Notes under the pieces: model-generated
Databases searched by the model: none
Seen by the model: the letters and a program-made list of their open reading frames with translations, nothing else
What the model was told of the DNA's origin: nothing
In this document: in pieces, positions 1-10,628 of the stretch
Layout of the letters: each line of letters opens with the position of its first letter
Position numbering within the stretch: the first letter of the stretch is position 1
Translations under genes and position numbers: made by a program
Origin: Diplonema japonicum
Taxonomy: Eukaryota > Protista > Euglenozoa: Diplonemea
Direction: 5' to 3'
Assembly: GCA_964019335.1 (NCBI GenBank)
Contig: OZ025699.1
Coordinates: 124,001 to 188,000, forward strand
DNA length: 64,000 nt

Positions 1-2761
1 GCACCGCCGCCTCCTGGTGAAGCCCAGCCAGGTCCTTCCTCCCGACATCATCGAGCCTGCTGTAGTAGACCCCCATGCAGTAGCGCAGCAGCGGGAGGAT
101 GTACGTAACGTAGAGAGACCGCAGAGTGTCCCTCTTGCTGCCCCAGGACGTGCCGGACAAGAGCTTCAGCACCCTCAGCCTTTTGCTGGCCCGCCGTAGG
201 ATGTCCTGTGCGTGTTCACCGAACGTGAGCCCAGAGTCCACCGTAACCCCAAGGTACCTCGCGTGTTCAGACAGAGGCAGGGGACGGGCCGCAACGTAGT
301 CCACGTCGGGCCGTCGCACGGCTGCATGCATGTCCCGCACGCAGCGGATCCGCACACCACCCGCCTCCACAACCTGAAGGCCCGCCAGCTCCTGGTCCCC
401 GGAGATCGTGCCATCGGCGTTCACCCCCAGGCCGAAGAGTGGGTTCTGGAAGGCACCTGGCTGAAGGGGGACTCGTGACGAAGTGAAGTAGACCCCGAGA
501 CGTTTCTGGGGGGGGACGCAGACTGCCTGCGTCTTGGACGTGCTCAGCAGCATGTCACGCTCCCTGCACCAGTCCTCAACCGCATCCACCACTGCCTGCG
601 CCTTCCGCTCCAGCCCAGCCACGTCCCCTTGTCCAGAGGAGATCACAACCGCCACGTCGTCGGCGTAGAGCACCGAGACGTCCGCCAGTCCCTCCAGTCT
701 CCTGGCGAGTTCGTCGACGTAGATGGTGTACAGGATGGGACCCAAGACAGAGCCCTGGGGGACACCCCGTCTCACCTTCGTCGTCGACCCCCTCGACCGT
801 CCAATCGTGACCGCAGCAGTACGGCCGCATAGAAAGGACCGCGTCCACTCCACGAAGGGTTCGGGGAGACCCTTCCCTCGCATCTTGTCCAGCAGGGCAC
901 CATGGGGCACCAGGTCGAAGGCAGAAGAGAAGTCGAACAGCAGAGCGGCCGAGAGACGTCGATCGTCTTTGTTCCTCGACATGCACTCAGTGAGGGTTGC
1001 CACCTGCTCCTCCGTGGAGCGGCCGCGTCTGAAACCAGCCTGGCTGTCGTGGAGTCCCTCGACTCCCGTCCCGTCCGCGTCAAGAAGAAACGAGAGCCTC
1101 TCCTCGATCATCCTCTCCAGCAGCTTGCAGAGGCAGCTGGTCAGGCAGATCGGCCGGTAGGAAGCCAAGAGAGTCGCATCTTTTCCAGGTTTCGGTACCG
1201 GGACGATCACTCCCTTCTTCCAGGCACCGGGGACGACACCCATCAGCCAGGAGCGATTGAGGAGTAGAAGGAGGACACCGAGGGAGTCCGAGTTCAGGTG
1301 TAGGAGCATCTCCGAGAAGATTCCGTCTTCCCCGGCCGCGCTGCGCGTCTTCATCCTTCTCAGGCCGCGGGTGAGGTCGTCCACGGTGAACGCTTGACAC
1401 CCGAGTCTGCTTGCAGAAGGAGCGGCGTCCTTCGAGTTCCCGTCACCACGCCTGCCGTAGAGCTTAGCGAAGTGCGCCCCCAGCCGGTCGGCCTTCGCCT
1501 TGTCCGACACAAATCTTCCCTCGAGTACAGGAAGGTGTGTCTTTCGGTGCCTGCCGTCCAGCTTCTTCACCGCTCTGAACGCAGCCCCGAGGTCCTTGCT
1601 CCGGCTGAGGTCGGCCGCCATCCTTCCCCATGCCTCACGCTTCGTCTCGTCAAGGAGTCGGTTGACTTCCTTCACCTTCGCCCTGTACTCCTCCACCACC
1701 ACGTCCGCCTCTTGAAGCAGGAGTTCGCGCAGGGTGTTCCGCTCTTCGAAGGCGTCCTCGAGCTCAGCAGTCCACCAGGGGGTCGGGCCACGTCGCATCC
1801 CACAGAGGGGAATGTGGTCGTTCGCCGCAGTCAAAAGGGCTTGTGTAAACCCCTTCGTGACAGAGTCAATCGGAGCCGCCGTGTCAACACCAGCAAGCAG
1901 GCGGGCAACAGCAGCAGTGTAGTCATCCCATCTGGCTTTTTTGAAATTCCAGGTGGGGAAGGGGCGCTCCGAACGGTAGACGTCCTCAAGAGGCAGGTGA
2001 AAGGATACGGGACTATGATCGGAGCCCCACGTGCCCAGCGTCTTCGGCTCAAGCTTCGCGCAGCGCCCCACAACCAGGTCCAGAACGTGTCGTGACGAGT
2101 CCCTCGTCGGTTCGTTGCGGTCGTTGTAGACGGTGTACCCGTGGGTGTCCAGCCAGTCCCTGACCACGTTCCCCCTCTCGTTCGGCGTCGTCACCGTGGC
2201 GTCCCAGGAGCTGTGGTGAGCATTGAAGTCACCCGCTATGACTGTGTTCTTCCCCATGGGAAGGCTGCCAGGCCGCAGGTACTCAGGGTCCCTCGTGCCT
2301 CTGCTCGCGCTTACCGGTGTAAGGTAAACGTTGGAGAGAGTGATCGGCTCACGCTTCTCGCAGGAGATCCTCACATCCAGTCTCTCAGTGACACAGTCCC
2401 CAGCCGGGAGTACGTGCGGAACCTCCTCCGAGGCAAGATCGTCGCGGACATACGTGACAATACCACCACCCCTCGTCGCAGTGCCGTCAGTCACCGGTGT
2501 CAACCGATCCCTCCTGTATGACCTGTACCCAGGCAGGTGTGGCGTGTCGTGCCCTTCCCTCAGGTGCGTCTCCTGTATCATGATGATGTCCAGCGACAAG
2601 AAGTCAGCATGGCGAGATACGACGGTCCATTTCGCAACGAGGCCGTTGCAGTTCCACGAGACAACCTTGAGACCCTTAGGCGACGGGGGCGGCAGCTTCT
2701 TGGGTGGGCCAGGGTTTGTTTCGACCAGCCCAAGCAGCCCCAGCAGGTCCCTGACGGACAT
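1..2761 (-). CDS. A1 ORF2 (partial): 2A-like peptide, APE endonuclease, reverse transcriptase
   Basis: ATG at 2761; matches ORF 34096-38244 (MSVRDLLGLLGLVETNPGP, GDFNAH, YADD); open to the window edge. Confidence 0.9.
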   Translation of the reverse strand, partial: MSVRDLLGLLGLVETNPGPPKKLPPPSPKGLKVVSWNCNGLVAKWTVVSRHADFLSLDIIMIQETHLREGHDTPHLPGYRSYRRDRLTPVTDGTATRGGGIVTYVRDDLASEEVPHVLPAGDCVTERLDVRISCEKREPITLSNVYLTPVSASRGTRDPEYLRPGSLPMGKNTVIAGDFNAHHSSWDATVTTPNERGNVVRDWLDTHGYTVYNDRNEPTRDSSRHVLDLVVGRCAKLEPKTLGTWGSDHSPVSFHLPLEDVYRSERPFPTWNFKKARWDDYTAAVARLLAGVDTAAPIDSVTKGFTQALLTAANDHIPLCGMRRGPTPWWTAELEDAFEERNTLRELLLQEADVVVEEYRAKVKEVNRLLDETKREAWGRMAADLSRSKDLGAAFRAVKKLDGRHRKTHLPVLEGRFVSDKAKADRLGAHFAKLYGRRGDGNSKDAAPSASRLGCQAFTVDDLTRGLRRMKTRSAAGEDGIFSEMLLHLNSDSLGVLLLLLNRSWLMGVVPGAWKKGVIVPVPKPGKDATLLASYRPICLTSCLCKLLERMIEERLSFLLDADGTGVEGLHDSQAGFRRGRSTEEQVATLTECMSRNKDDRRLSAALLFDFSSAFDLVPHGALLDKMRGKGLPEPFVEWTRSFLCGRTAAVTIGRSRGSTTKVRRGVPQGSVLGPILYTIYVDELARRLEGLADVSVLYADDVAVVISSGQGDVAGLERKAQAVVDAVEDWCRERDMLLSTSKTQAVCVPPQKRLGVYFTSSRVPLQPGAFQNPLFGLGVNADGTISGDQELAGLQVVEAGGVRIRCVRDMHAAVRRPDVDYVAARPLPLSEHARYLGVTVDSGLTFGEHAQDILRRASKRLRVLKLLSGTSWGSKRDTLRSLYVTYILPLLRYCMGVYYSRLDDVGRKDLAGLHQEAAV

Positions 2762-2902
2762 CCTCCCGAGTAGGGTGGGGATCAGTGCAGAAAAGTCGGT
2801 GAAGAAACAGAGAGGTAGGAGTCTCCTGGGGAGGATGCGAGGGAGACTAGGAGAGGGAGCATGGTCGTAGATCTGCTGCTCCCCCTGTTCTGCGGGGCCC
2901 CT

Positions 2903-5752
2903 TCAATTGGATGGACCCATGGAGGCAGAGCGCCCCTTGACCCCATTGGTGAAGAGATCTTTGGTCTCCGCGAACGACCTGGCCCGCCCCCTCGTACCCA
3001 GGTTCGTCACCGCAGCCTCAGAGGTCGTAGCGAGAGGAGGAGCCCCCTTCTTCCCCTTCCCCTTCCCTTTCCATACACTGTCGTGTGTCGTCGTCGCCCC
3101 CGGTGTAGGGTCCCGCGGCACTGCCGTTCCCGTCGTCAGCGTGGCCGCCTGCGGCAGGAGGAGGCGGAGCGTCGTCCGCAGATCGGAGATCATCTCCTGC
3201 TGAGAGTCGATCGTCCTCTGCAGCCCGACGATCGACTCCTTCAGCGTGGCGACGAGCTCAGTGAGAGCGGCGACCTCAGGCGACCCGGAAGGGACTCCCT
3301 CCTTGTTTCCCGCAGACACGTTGCGGGGCGGTGTAGGGGACGTCACAGTGTCGAGCTGGGGGGGAGCCACCGAGCTCGGTATGGACGCCCACGGGCTGGT
3401 GGGAGGAAGCCCAGTTGCTTTCACCGCAGGGCCAGTCTCCGAGGGTGTCGACGCCGATACAGGTGCCGGGTCAGGTACAGGTGTAGTAGGCGCAGGTGCA
3501 GGCACATGAGAAGATGTGGGTGCCGGGGTCGAGGACGTTGCAAGCGCAGGTGCAGATGCAGGTGTCGTCCTGTTGATGAGAGGGGGCGGCTTGACGGTCG
3601 GGTGGTCGTCCGCATCACGGAGGCAGACAAGGCGCCCCCCAAGGAGCCACGTCCTGGACTTCGGGGGCGGGCTGTCGACGACGATGAAGAACACGAGTTG
3701 CCTCGTGCCCTGGAACATCGTCTGCGTGCGTCGCAGGACGGAGGATGGTTTCCAACCGATGTGGTCCATCACTTCGTCGAAGGCCGCCCTGGTGATGGAC
3801 GGCGGGGCTCCGGTGAGCAAAAACTTGCGCTTCGTACGCAGTTTTGCGAGGGTTTCCCGGAGCCGCTGTTCCGTCTCCGGTAGGCACCGCACAGTCCATC
3901 CCTTACGGTGCGCCACCCCGAGAGACAACCCACCCAGCGTCCCCGCAATCCGATAGGCATCCGCCCTCCCTTCCGCCACGATGGGTACATAAGCGTACCC
4001 CCCGCGTCTCTCCGTCGTCCGCATTAAGCACCCGTCCCCGGACCGGCGCAGGACGGCGTGGACGTGTGCTGCTTGCAGGCGCAGTCCCACCTCGTGGGTC
4101 CAGTGCCTCGCCCGCGGTTCTTCCTCACCGAACTTCCTTGGGCGGAAGACCGCACGATCCTCCACCACCGCGCCCTGAGCCTTGGCGAGCTCCAGGACCC
4201 TGGCCTTCGCCTCCTTCAGGCTGTCTGCACTGACACAGACGTAGACGACCTCCGATCCGCTGTTGAAGGTGGAAGGCGGGGTGTAGGTGGGGGGGTCCAG
4301 CCCGAACGTGGAGACGTGGACCCTCCTGTTCACTGCGCGCGACCCAGAGACCATGACAATCTCGCTGGGGGTGGTGACACCGGGGACCTCTGTCATAAGG
4401 ACAAAGGTGATGGATGCCGTAGGTAACGCGGAGCACACGACCCCCATTTCGGAGGGATCGTCGAGCGCAATGACAGCGCGGGATGTTTCCGTCGGGGGGG
4501 ACACGTTGGTGTAGATCGGGGCGTCCCATGTGTCTGGCACCAGGTCCCATCGCGGGGTTGTGGAAGGGGCAGGGGCAGGGTCGTCCTCCATCTCCTCAGG
4601 GCCAGAGCTGGTGTCAGAGTCTGAGCTGAGGAGGAGCGTGCCTTGGTCTGTTGACGCGTTGGCGGAAGCGTTCGCGACTGCTTCGTCCTCGACCTTCTGG
4701 GCATCTGCCTTCTTGGCGGCCGCCAACCTCAAAGCTTCCTCCTTTTTGGCAGCGGCTGCGGCGGCTTCCTTTTCGGCGGCGGCGGTGGCTGCGACCTTCT
4801 TCTTCTCCTCGGCGGCGGCGGCTGCGGCTGCGGTCTCCTTCTCGGCGGCGGCGGCTGCAGCTTGCTTCCTGGCGGCGTCGGCTGCGGCCTTCCTCTCGGC
4901 GGCGGCGGCGGCAGCGGCTTTCTTCTCGGCGGCGGCCTTCTCCTCGGCGGCGGCGGCGGCTGCTGCTTTCTTCTCGGCGGCGGCTGCGGCTTTCTTCTTC
5001 TCGGCTGCAGCGGCTGCGGCTGTAGCCTTCTTCTCCTCGGCTGCTTTCATCTCGGCCGCAGCACGCGCAGCCTCCTTCTCCTCTGCCGCAAGTCGTGCAG
5101 TAGACCGCTCGCGCAGAGCCTTCTCCTCAGCCTCGACTGCTCTGCGAGCAGCCTCCACACCAGCCACGCGAGCAGCTTCCGTCTCGGCTGCCATTTTGAC
5201 AACAGCAGCATCAGCCACCTCCTGCGCAGCCTTCATCTTAGCAGCTATTTCTGCAGCTACCACGTCGGCCGACTCGCGTGCAGCTTCCAAATCAGCAGCG
5301 ATTCCCGCGAGTTCGACGTCGGCCGCAGTGCGTGCGGCTTCGAGGGGGTGTGTGGCGTCAGCTATGTGTGCGGCTTCGGCGGCAGCGTCAGCGCGCGCGG
5401 CTCTGGCGGCCTTCCTCCTAGCTTTTTTGCTGGAGGTCGGGGTGGCGACGCTGGCGTCAGGCGAAACCGGCCTTTTGACGGAGCCGGTCGGGGTGGAGGC
5501 GACAGGTGTCGCTGGGCCGGCTGTAGCGGCGGCGGCGTCGGGCGTGAGGAGGTCAATTACGGTGACCACCCCCGTCATCTTCTCCCGGTGCTCCGGCGTC
5601 AGGAGCTGCCCCAGCTCCCCGGCTGCTCCAGCGCTGCGGAGCATCCTCTCCACCCGCCGCTCCTCCCTGGCCTTGGACTGGGCCAGCTGCGTGCTGGCCC
5701 CGTTCCCTTCCGGCTTTGCCTTCTCCTTGTGCTTGTCTTTCTTCTTGCCCAT
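2903..5752 (-). CDS. A1 ORF1 (949 aa; Ala/Lys/Glu coiled-coil, central globular domain, Pro-rich region, C-terminal coiled-coil)
   Basis: ORF track; near-identical in four copies; lies upstream of the APE-RT ORF. Confidence 0.9.
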   Translation of the reverse strand: MGKKKDKHKEKAKPEGNGASTQLAQSKAREERRVERMLRSAGAAGELGQLLTPEHREKMTGVVTVIDLLTPDAAAATAGPATPVASTPTGSVKRPVSPDASVATPTSSKKARRKAARAARADAAAEAAHIADATHPLEAARTAADVELAGIAADLEAARESADVVAAEIAAKMKAAQEVADAAVVKMAAETEAARVAGVEAARRAVEAEEKALRERSTARLAAEEKEAARAAAEMKAAEEKKATAAAAAAEKKKAAAAAEKKAAAAAAAEEKAAAEKKAAAAAAAERKAAADAARKQAAAAAAEKETAAAAAAAEEKKKVAATAAAEKEAAAAAAKKEEALRLAAAKKADAQKVEDEAVANASANASTDQGTLLLSSDSDTSSGPEEMEDDPAPAPSTTPRWDLVPDTWDAPIYTNVSPPTETSRAVIALDDPSEMGVVCSALPTASITFVLMTEVPGVTTPSEIVMVSGSRAVNRRVHVSTFGLDPPTYTPPSTFNSGSEVVYVCVSADSLKEAKARVLELAKAQGAVVEDRAVFRPRKFGEEEPRARHWTHEVGLRLQAAHVHAVLRRSGDGCLMRTTERRGGYAYVPIVAEGRADAYRIAGTLGGLSLGVAHRKGWTVRCLPETEQRLRETLAKLRTKRKFLLTGAPPSITRAAFDEVMDHIGWKPSSVLRRTQTMFQGTRQLVFFIVVDSPPPKSRTWLLGGRLVCLRDADDHPTVKPPPLINRTTPASAPALATSSTPAPTSSHVPAPAPTTPVPDPAPVSASTPSETGPAVKATGLPPTSPWASIPSSVAPPQLDTVTSPTPPRNVSAGNKEGVPSGSPEVAALTELVATLKESIVGLQRTIDSQQEMISDLRTTLRLLLPQAATLTTGTAVPRDPTPGATTTHDSVWKGKGKGKKGAPPLATTSEAAVTNLGTRGRARSFAETKDLFTNGVKGRSASMGPSN

Positions 5753-5786
5753 TTTTCTTTTCTTTTCTTTTCTTTTCTTTTCTTTC

Positions 5787-5799
<13 letters not shown>

Positions 5800-5842
<43 letters not shown>

Positions 5843-5917
5843 ATAATAAATATTCCACTACCAGGCGGGAGGATCGAAGGGGAGTAGAGAAAACCAAAGG
5901 GAATGGGACATCACTTC
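5800..5917 (-). repeat. Family B 3' terminal ~80 nt plus (TTA)n/poly(A) tail
   Basis: Matches the reverse complement of about 23252-23360, including the same CCCATTCCCTTT variant. Confidence 0.9.
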
Positions 5918-8810
5918 GGAGGTCACGCCAGGGGGGGATCATGTGGTCTGCTTTAATGGGCGATGGGCCTACCGGGGTGCATTCCCTCTGCGGAGGGTCC
6001 AGGTTCTTTGCATCCCTCCTCATCCTCCCTGCCCAGGTGTCCTCGTCGAGCTCCTCAGCAAGTGCAGCAACACACCCCACTGTGTTGGACTTCCGTATGC
6101 ATTCCTCGTACAACAGCAGGGTGTCCGTCTTGACTACTGTGTCCAATTGTTGTAGTCCTGCCTCTACCACTGCTATATGTTTGGAGATCTTCCCAGGGAG
6201 CCCTGTGATAAATCTCGCCGCCGTTTCATGTAGTTCGTTCAGGTCGTCAAAAAGGTCCTTCCGCAGCGACTTGCCGTAGACCCCCAGGCCGTATCTTGTC
6301 AGTGGGAACACGTACGTTAGGTAGATCGCTCTGAGCATGTCCCTTCTCAACCCACCCTTCTTGCTGGACAGTCTGTACAAGTATCCCAAGCGCCTACGCG
6401 TCTTGTTTTTGACTTCACCCACGTGAGCCTCGAAGGACGCGTTAGCGTCTAGCGTGACCCCCAGGTACTTCGCCTTGTCTACCTGTTTCAATCCTGTCCC
6501 GTCTCCGAAAGATACCTTCAGTTTCCTCGAGACTCCGTTGCAAAGGATGTTCGATTTTTCGGGTGCCAGCTGCATCGACCACCTCTCAGCCCACTGTTCC
6601 ACCAAGTCAACAATCAGTTGTGCCTTTTTCTCGACCTCCTTGTCCTTCTTGCCTTCGACCACGACCATGATGTCATCTGCATACGTGCAAGCACGTATGC
6701 CTCGTTCTTCTAGCACTCTGGTCAGGTCATCCACATAGATGGTAAAGAGTAGAGGTGCCAGGACAGTTCCTTGAGGGACTCCCCCCTTAAACTCCCTGGA
6801 GACCCCTTGCGTGCCTTCCACCTCCACCGCCACTTTTCTCTTGCTGAGGTAGCTCTTTACCCATCTTGTGTATTCTTCGGGATATCCGTTATTCTCCATC
6901 TTTGCTATGAGTCCCTCATGCCACACCGTGTCGAAGGCCCCCTTAAGGTCCAGAAAGAGCAGACCTCCCCTTTTCCCCGTGTTGTTGTATTTGAAACCCT
7001 GTAGAGTTTTCGCAGCGAAGAGTATGTTCTCTGTGGTTGATCGGCCTCTCATGAAGCCGGATTGTGTCCAGTGTGGTGGGGTTACCTTCCTGGTCTCTTG
7101 AAGGTAGACCATCCTGCTTCTCACCACCCTCTCCATGGCTTTCGCGATGTTGCTCGTCAGGGATATGGGCCTGTAGGAGTCGGCTCTGCTCGGGTCTTTG
7201 TTGGGTTTCCTGAGTGGTCTGATTGTTGTTCTCTTCCACTCCGACGGGACCTTCCCTTCCTTCCAAGAGAGATTGAAGAGATGTTTCAGAACTTCCACTC
7301 CTTTTGGCCCCATTTTTTTGAGATATTCGTTGTAGATGCCGTCGGGTCCCGGGGCCTTTCGTTTCTTTAGCTTCGCGATCTCGCCCAGCACCTCACTCGT
7401 CGTGACTGCTTCTGCTTGTTCTTGCTGGGTCTCTCTCTTCACCTCGTTTTTTAGGGATTCCAGAGCTTCTCTAGAGGATTGTCCTATTTTCGGTGTACAT
7501 TTTGCTGCGTAGTGTTCGCACAAGGCTGTTGCTTTCGCCTTGTTACTTGCGTATCTTGTACCGTTCTCCCTGAGAACCGAGACTCCGGGTTTCGTTGCAC
7601 TCCCGTCAAGCTGCCTTATGAAAGCGAAAGTGTCTTTGGACGTTTTCTTCCTTCCCAGTTCATCCAGGAAATCTTCGTCCCTCTTTTGTTTAGAGGCTTG
7701 TATTAACTCCCTTGTCTCTTTCTGGAGTAACCTCACCTCCGCTAAGGCAACCGGATCGTCCTCGCCCTTGCTTACGTACTCCCTTAGTTTGGTGTTCCTT
7801 TCCTTTACCTTGCTGTCTATCTCAGGAGTCCACCACGCCTTAGCAGGTTTCGGCCCTTTTCTAGGTATGCTCTCCCTAGAAGCTGCCATGAGCAGGCCGA
7901 TGAGTCCCTTACTCACCACCTCCACGTCCTTGCTCTTTAGAAGGCATGATGTCCTCTCTTCTACGATAGTCCTGAATTTGCCCCAGTCAGCTTTTTCCCA
8001 TACCAGCTTCTGGGGCGGTTTTTTCCTTCCTTCCTTTTGTTGCTGTCCCACTTCCCATTCGTAGAACATGGGAAAGTGGTCGGAACCTATTGAGTCCAGT
8101 ACCCTCCACGAGCCTGGGTCATACCCCGCGTCCGTTATCATTATGTCGGTCGTGGTGAAGGTTCCTCTCGTTGAGAAGTGTGTGGGGCACTTTGGTCTGT
8201 TGAGTGGCAGCATGTTCGTCCTGACCATCCATTTCTCCAGTTCACCGCCCTTCAGGTCACTGTTCTTGGCGGTACTGTCCCACATGTCAGAGTGCGCGTT
8301 GAAATCACCCGATATCAGCACATCCTGACCAGAAGGGAGATTGGAGACTGCCAAGTCGCCTTTGACTTTCGTGGACGATGGGGGGCGGTAGATGTTGACC
8401 AAGAGCAGTTTTCTTGTTTCGGTGAGTTGTACGGATACGTCCAGTCTTTCCGTCCTGTCATCACGTTCTCCTATGAACGTCTGCTCAGCATCCAGGTCTC
8501 TCCTGACCGCCGTCACCAGACCACCTCCCCTCTTCACCTCCCCGTCCTCGTTTAGCACCACCCTGTCTCTCCTGAACAGGTTGAAGCCCGGTAGTTCGAT
8601 TTCATCCTCGGTTCTTAGCCATGATTCCTGTATCATAACCACATCAAGCTCGAGTTCTTCTATACTTTTCTCGAGCTCCACCATTTTCCCTCTCACCGAG
8701 TGTGCATTCACCGACAACACTCTCAGCTTCGGGTTGCGTGGCTGATCAGTCTTTATTTTCATGTTAGGACCGGGGTTACTCTCGACGTCTCCGCAGCTTA
8801 GGATATCCAT
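5918..8810 (-). CDS. C ORF2: 2A peptide, APE endonuclease, RT (truncated; ORF-track C-terminus is read-through into the B tail)
   Basis: MDILSCGDVESNPGP; IQESWL, GDFNAH, SDHFP; DLKGAFD, GVPQG, YADD, YLG. Confidence 0.9.
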
Positions 8811-8860
8811 CCATGTGGTCCTGTTCCTCCTCGTCGTCTGTTCGTGCTCTTGCTTGACTT

Positions 8861-9027
8861 ACCGTATTGGTCACCCCCGCACCCCGGGTTTCGGATGAAG
8901 GGTCGTACTACTTGGGGGGGGCCGGCCATAACTGACCTATCATCGCCGCCACTAACGCCTTGTCTCGCTTGGACACCCCCGTTCGGGGCCGGCCAGGATT
9001 TAGCCGCGTGTTGTAGCCAAGTAGTAC
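8861..9027 (-). promoter_or_regulatory. Conserved structured intergenic RNA (putative IRES), copy in C
   Basis: Closing stem GTACTACTTGG/CCAAGTAGTAC; homologous to 11862-12028 and 51405-51575 with compensatory changes. Confidence 0.7.
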
Positions 9028-9270
9028 CACGTCCTCGTCTTCGCTTTCTTCTTCCTTGCTTTCCGCCGTTGTTTCTCTTCGTTTATTGTTCACTTTTTTG
9101 TTTGTGGGGTTGCCTTTTCTTTTTCCCCTTTCTTGGGCTTTGGCTTTTTTTTTTTTTTAAAATCTTTTTTTTGCCCTTTTCTTTTAAGTTCTTTTGGTTG
9201 ATGCGACACTTTCTTTTTTTTTTAATCTTTTTATTTAGTTTTCTGACCTTCACTAAAATCAGGTCTTTCG

Positions 9271-10089
9271 TTAATGAGAGACTTTCTTCTTGGCGTTCAG
9301 GGGGGCTGACGGGTTTGAATGAGAGGGAGTAGTGGCCATGGTGGCTTGGCGCGAGGTCGCGTTTCCCACCTTTCTCACAGGTGTGGAGGGGAGTTCAGTT
9401 TGGGTGGGTGAGTAGTCGATGCCGGACTGAGATTCGTCCGGTCTCTCGTGGCAGTGCGGTGGTGGCTCGGGGCTTGACTCTTCTTCTTCCTCCATCCTAT
9501 TGCCTCCTGTTGTCAGGAGGAGGAGGATTTTATTATACTGGCTCGCACCAGTCTCCGTCAGCCTCCTCTCCATGGCCACCAGCCGCTCCATCTGCACTGT
9601 CGCCATTCTCTCGATGGCTTGTGCCAGGGTACCAACCTGACCTTCGACCGCTTCCACCTTACCCTGTACCTTCCCCATCTCCTCTTCCTGGGTCTCCATT
9701 CTTGACTCCAGGTGCCTCAACATCATTTCCTCTTCCTCCCCCTTCTCTTCCTTCTCCGCTAGTTTCCTCTCCATCACCTCCAGTCTCTCCATCAGCGCCT
9801 TCAGCTGCTCCCCGCTTTCTCCGTCTGTCGCCTTTTTTTCTTCCTTATCCTTCTTTCTCTTTTCCTTTTTCTCTTCCTCTTTCTGTTTTATGTCCCTGTC
9901 CCTGACACCAGCCGCACACCACAGTTCCCACCAGACACTGTTTCCGAAGAACCTACGGAACTCTATCGCCGTAGCCTTCCTCTTTGTCTTGCCCCCCGGC
10001 AAGGACCTCCTGTAGTCCAGCAGACCCCCCGTTTGCACAAGGAGGTGCACAGTCTGCTCGATCTCACCCAGCTTCACTTCCAACTTCAC
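9271..10089 (-). CDS. C ORF1 (coiled-coil; 5' part degenerate)
   Basis: FRRFFGNSVWWELWC resembles FLAHYGEKTGWSLYK and FLEFYGRSVGWQLYC of the B ORF1s; followed by an E/K-rich coiled-coil. Confidence 0.7.
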   Translation of the reverse strand: MKLEVKLGEIEQTVHLLVQTGGLLDYRRSLPGGKTKRKATAIEFRRFFGNSVWWELWCAAGVRDRDIKQKEEEKKEKRKKDKEEKKATDGESGEQLKALMERLEVMERKLAEKEEKGEEEEMMLRHLESRMETQEEEMGKVQGKVEAVEGQVGTLAQAIERMATVQMERLVAMERRLTETGASQYNKILLLLTTGGNRMEEEEESSPEPPPHCHERPDESQSGIDYSPTQTELPSTPVRKVGNATSRQATMATTPSHSNPSAPLNAKKKVSH

Positions 10090-10405
10090 AGAGGGGGGAG
10101 GGGCTTCAGCTCTGTTGGCACCAATGGTGCCGTCAAACCTTAAAAGCTTCCCCCATCTGATCTCGCTGAGAATTGAAGCTACCAGCTACAGGATGGGGAC
10201 ACAGCTACGTCTACATAGAGGCATTTAGTTCTTGTCGTCGGGGTCGGTGGCGTGGGGTCAAGTGTCAGGGTTATCGGGGGCTGGTCTTCGCCGGCGCCTT
10301 TCGCGCCGCCCAGTGGGGACCTCGTGGAGGTGCCAGCTTCCTTCTGCTTATCAGACATTTCTTTTTTTTTTTTTTATTGTCGTGTAAGCGTTCCCACCTT
10401 AAACC

Positions 10406-10628
10406 TTTTTTTTTAATAATAATAATAATAAATATTCCACTACCAGGCGGGAGGATCGAAGGGGAGTAGAGAAAACCATTCAAGGGAAAGGGAAAGGGAA
10501 AGGGAAAGGGACATCACTTCAAACCAAGAGAGGTGTTTGAAAGTGATTCGTGAAAAGCAGTCTCTGTTACTGAGCCATTGGTCGAGGGGTCCTGGTCCGC
10601 TGCTCCCTGTTGTAAATTACTTGGACCC
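10406..10628 (-). repeat. 5'-truncated family B 3'-tail fragment with poly(A)
   Basis: Matches about 46590-46795; homology stops at 10628. Confidence 0.9.

Larger units (their letters stand above)
1..5800 (-). mobile_element. Family A non-LTR retrotransposon copy A1 (Ingi/I-group-like); 3' part runs off the window
   Basis: Near-identical reverse complement of about 23360-29200; (AAAAG)n directly before the ORF1 ATG. Confidence 0.93.
5918..10375 (-). mobile_element. Family C non-LTR retrotransposon (relative of B), 3'-truncated before RNase H
   Basis: ORF1 remnant, A-rich linker, structured RNA, 2A-APE-RT; homology to B ORF2 breaks off near the PPW motif, before RNase H. Confidence 0.85.

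Noticed and set aside
4530-5887. Long antisense ORFs over A ORF1 (also 23282-24681, 30720-32330, 38630-39994)
   Set aside because: Stop-free shadows of GC-rich (GCC)n Ala/Lys codons; no domain signal
10537-10628. N-terminus of the 320-aa ORF 10537-11499
   Set aside because: Reads the antisense B tail across a rearrangement junction; chimeric artefact
10430-10628. Possible snRNA (Sm-like AATTACTTGG)
   Set aside because: It is the reverse complement of the B 3' UTR and shows no U-snRNA hallmarks
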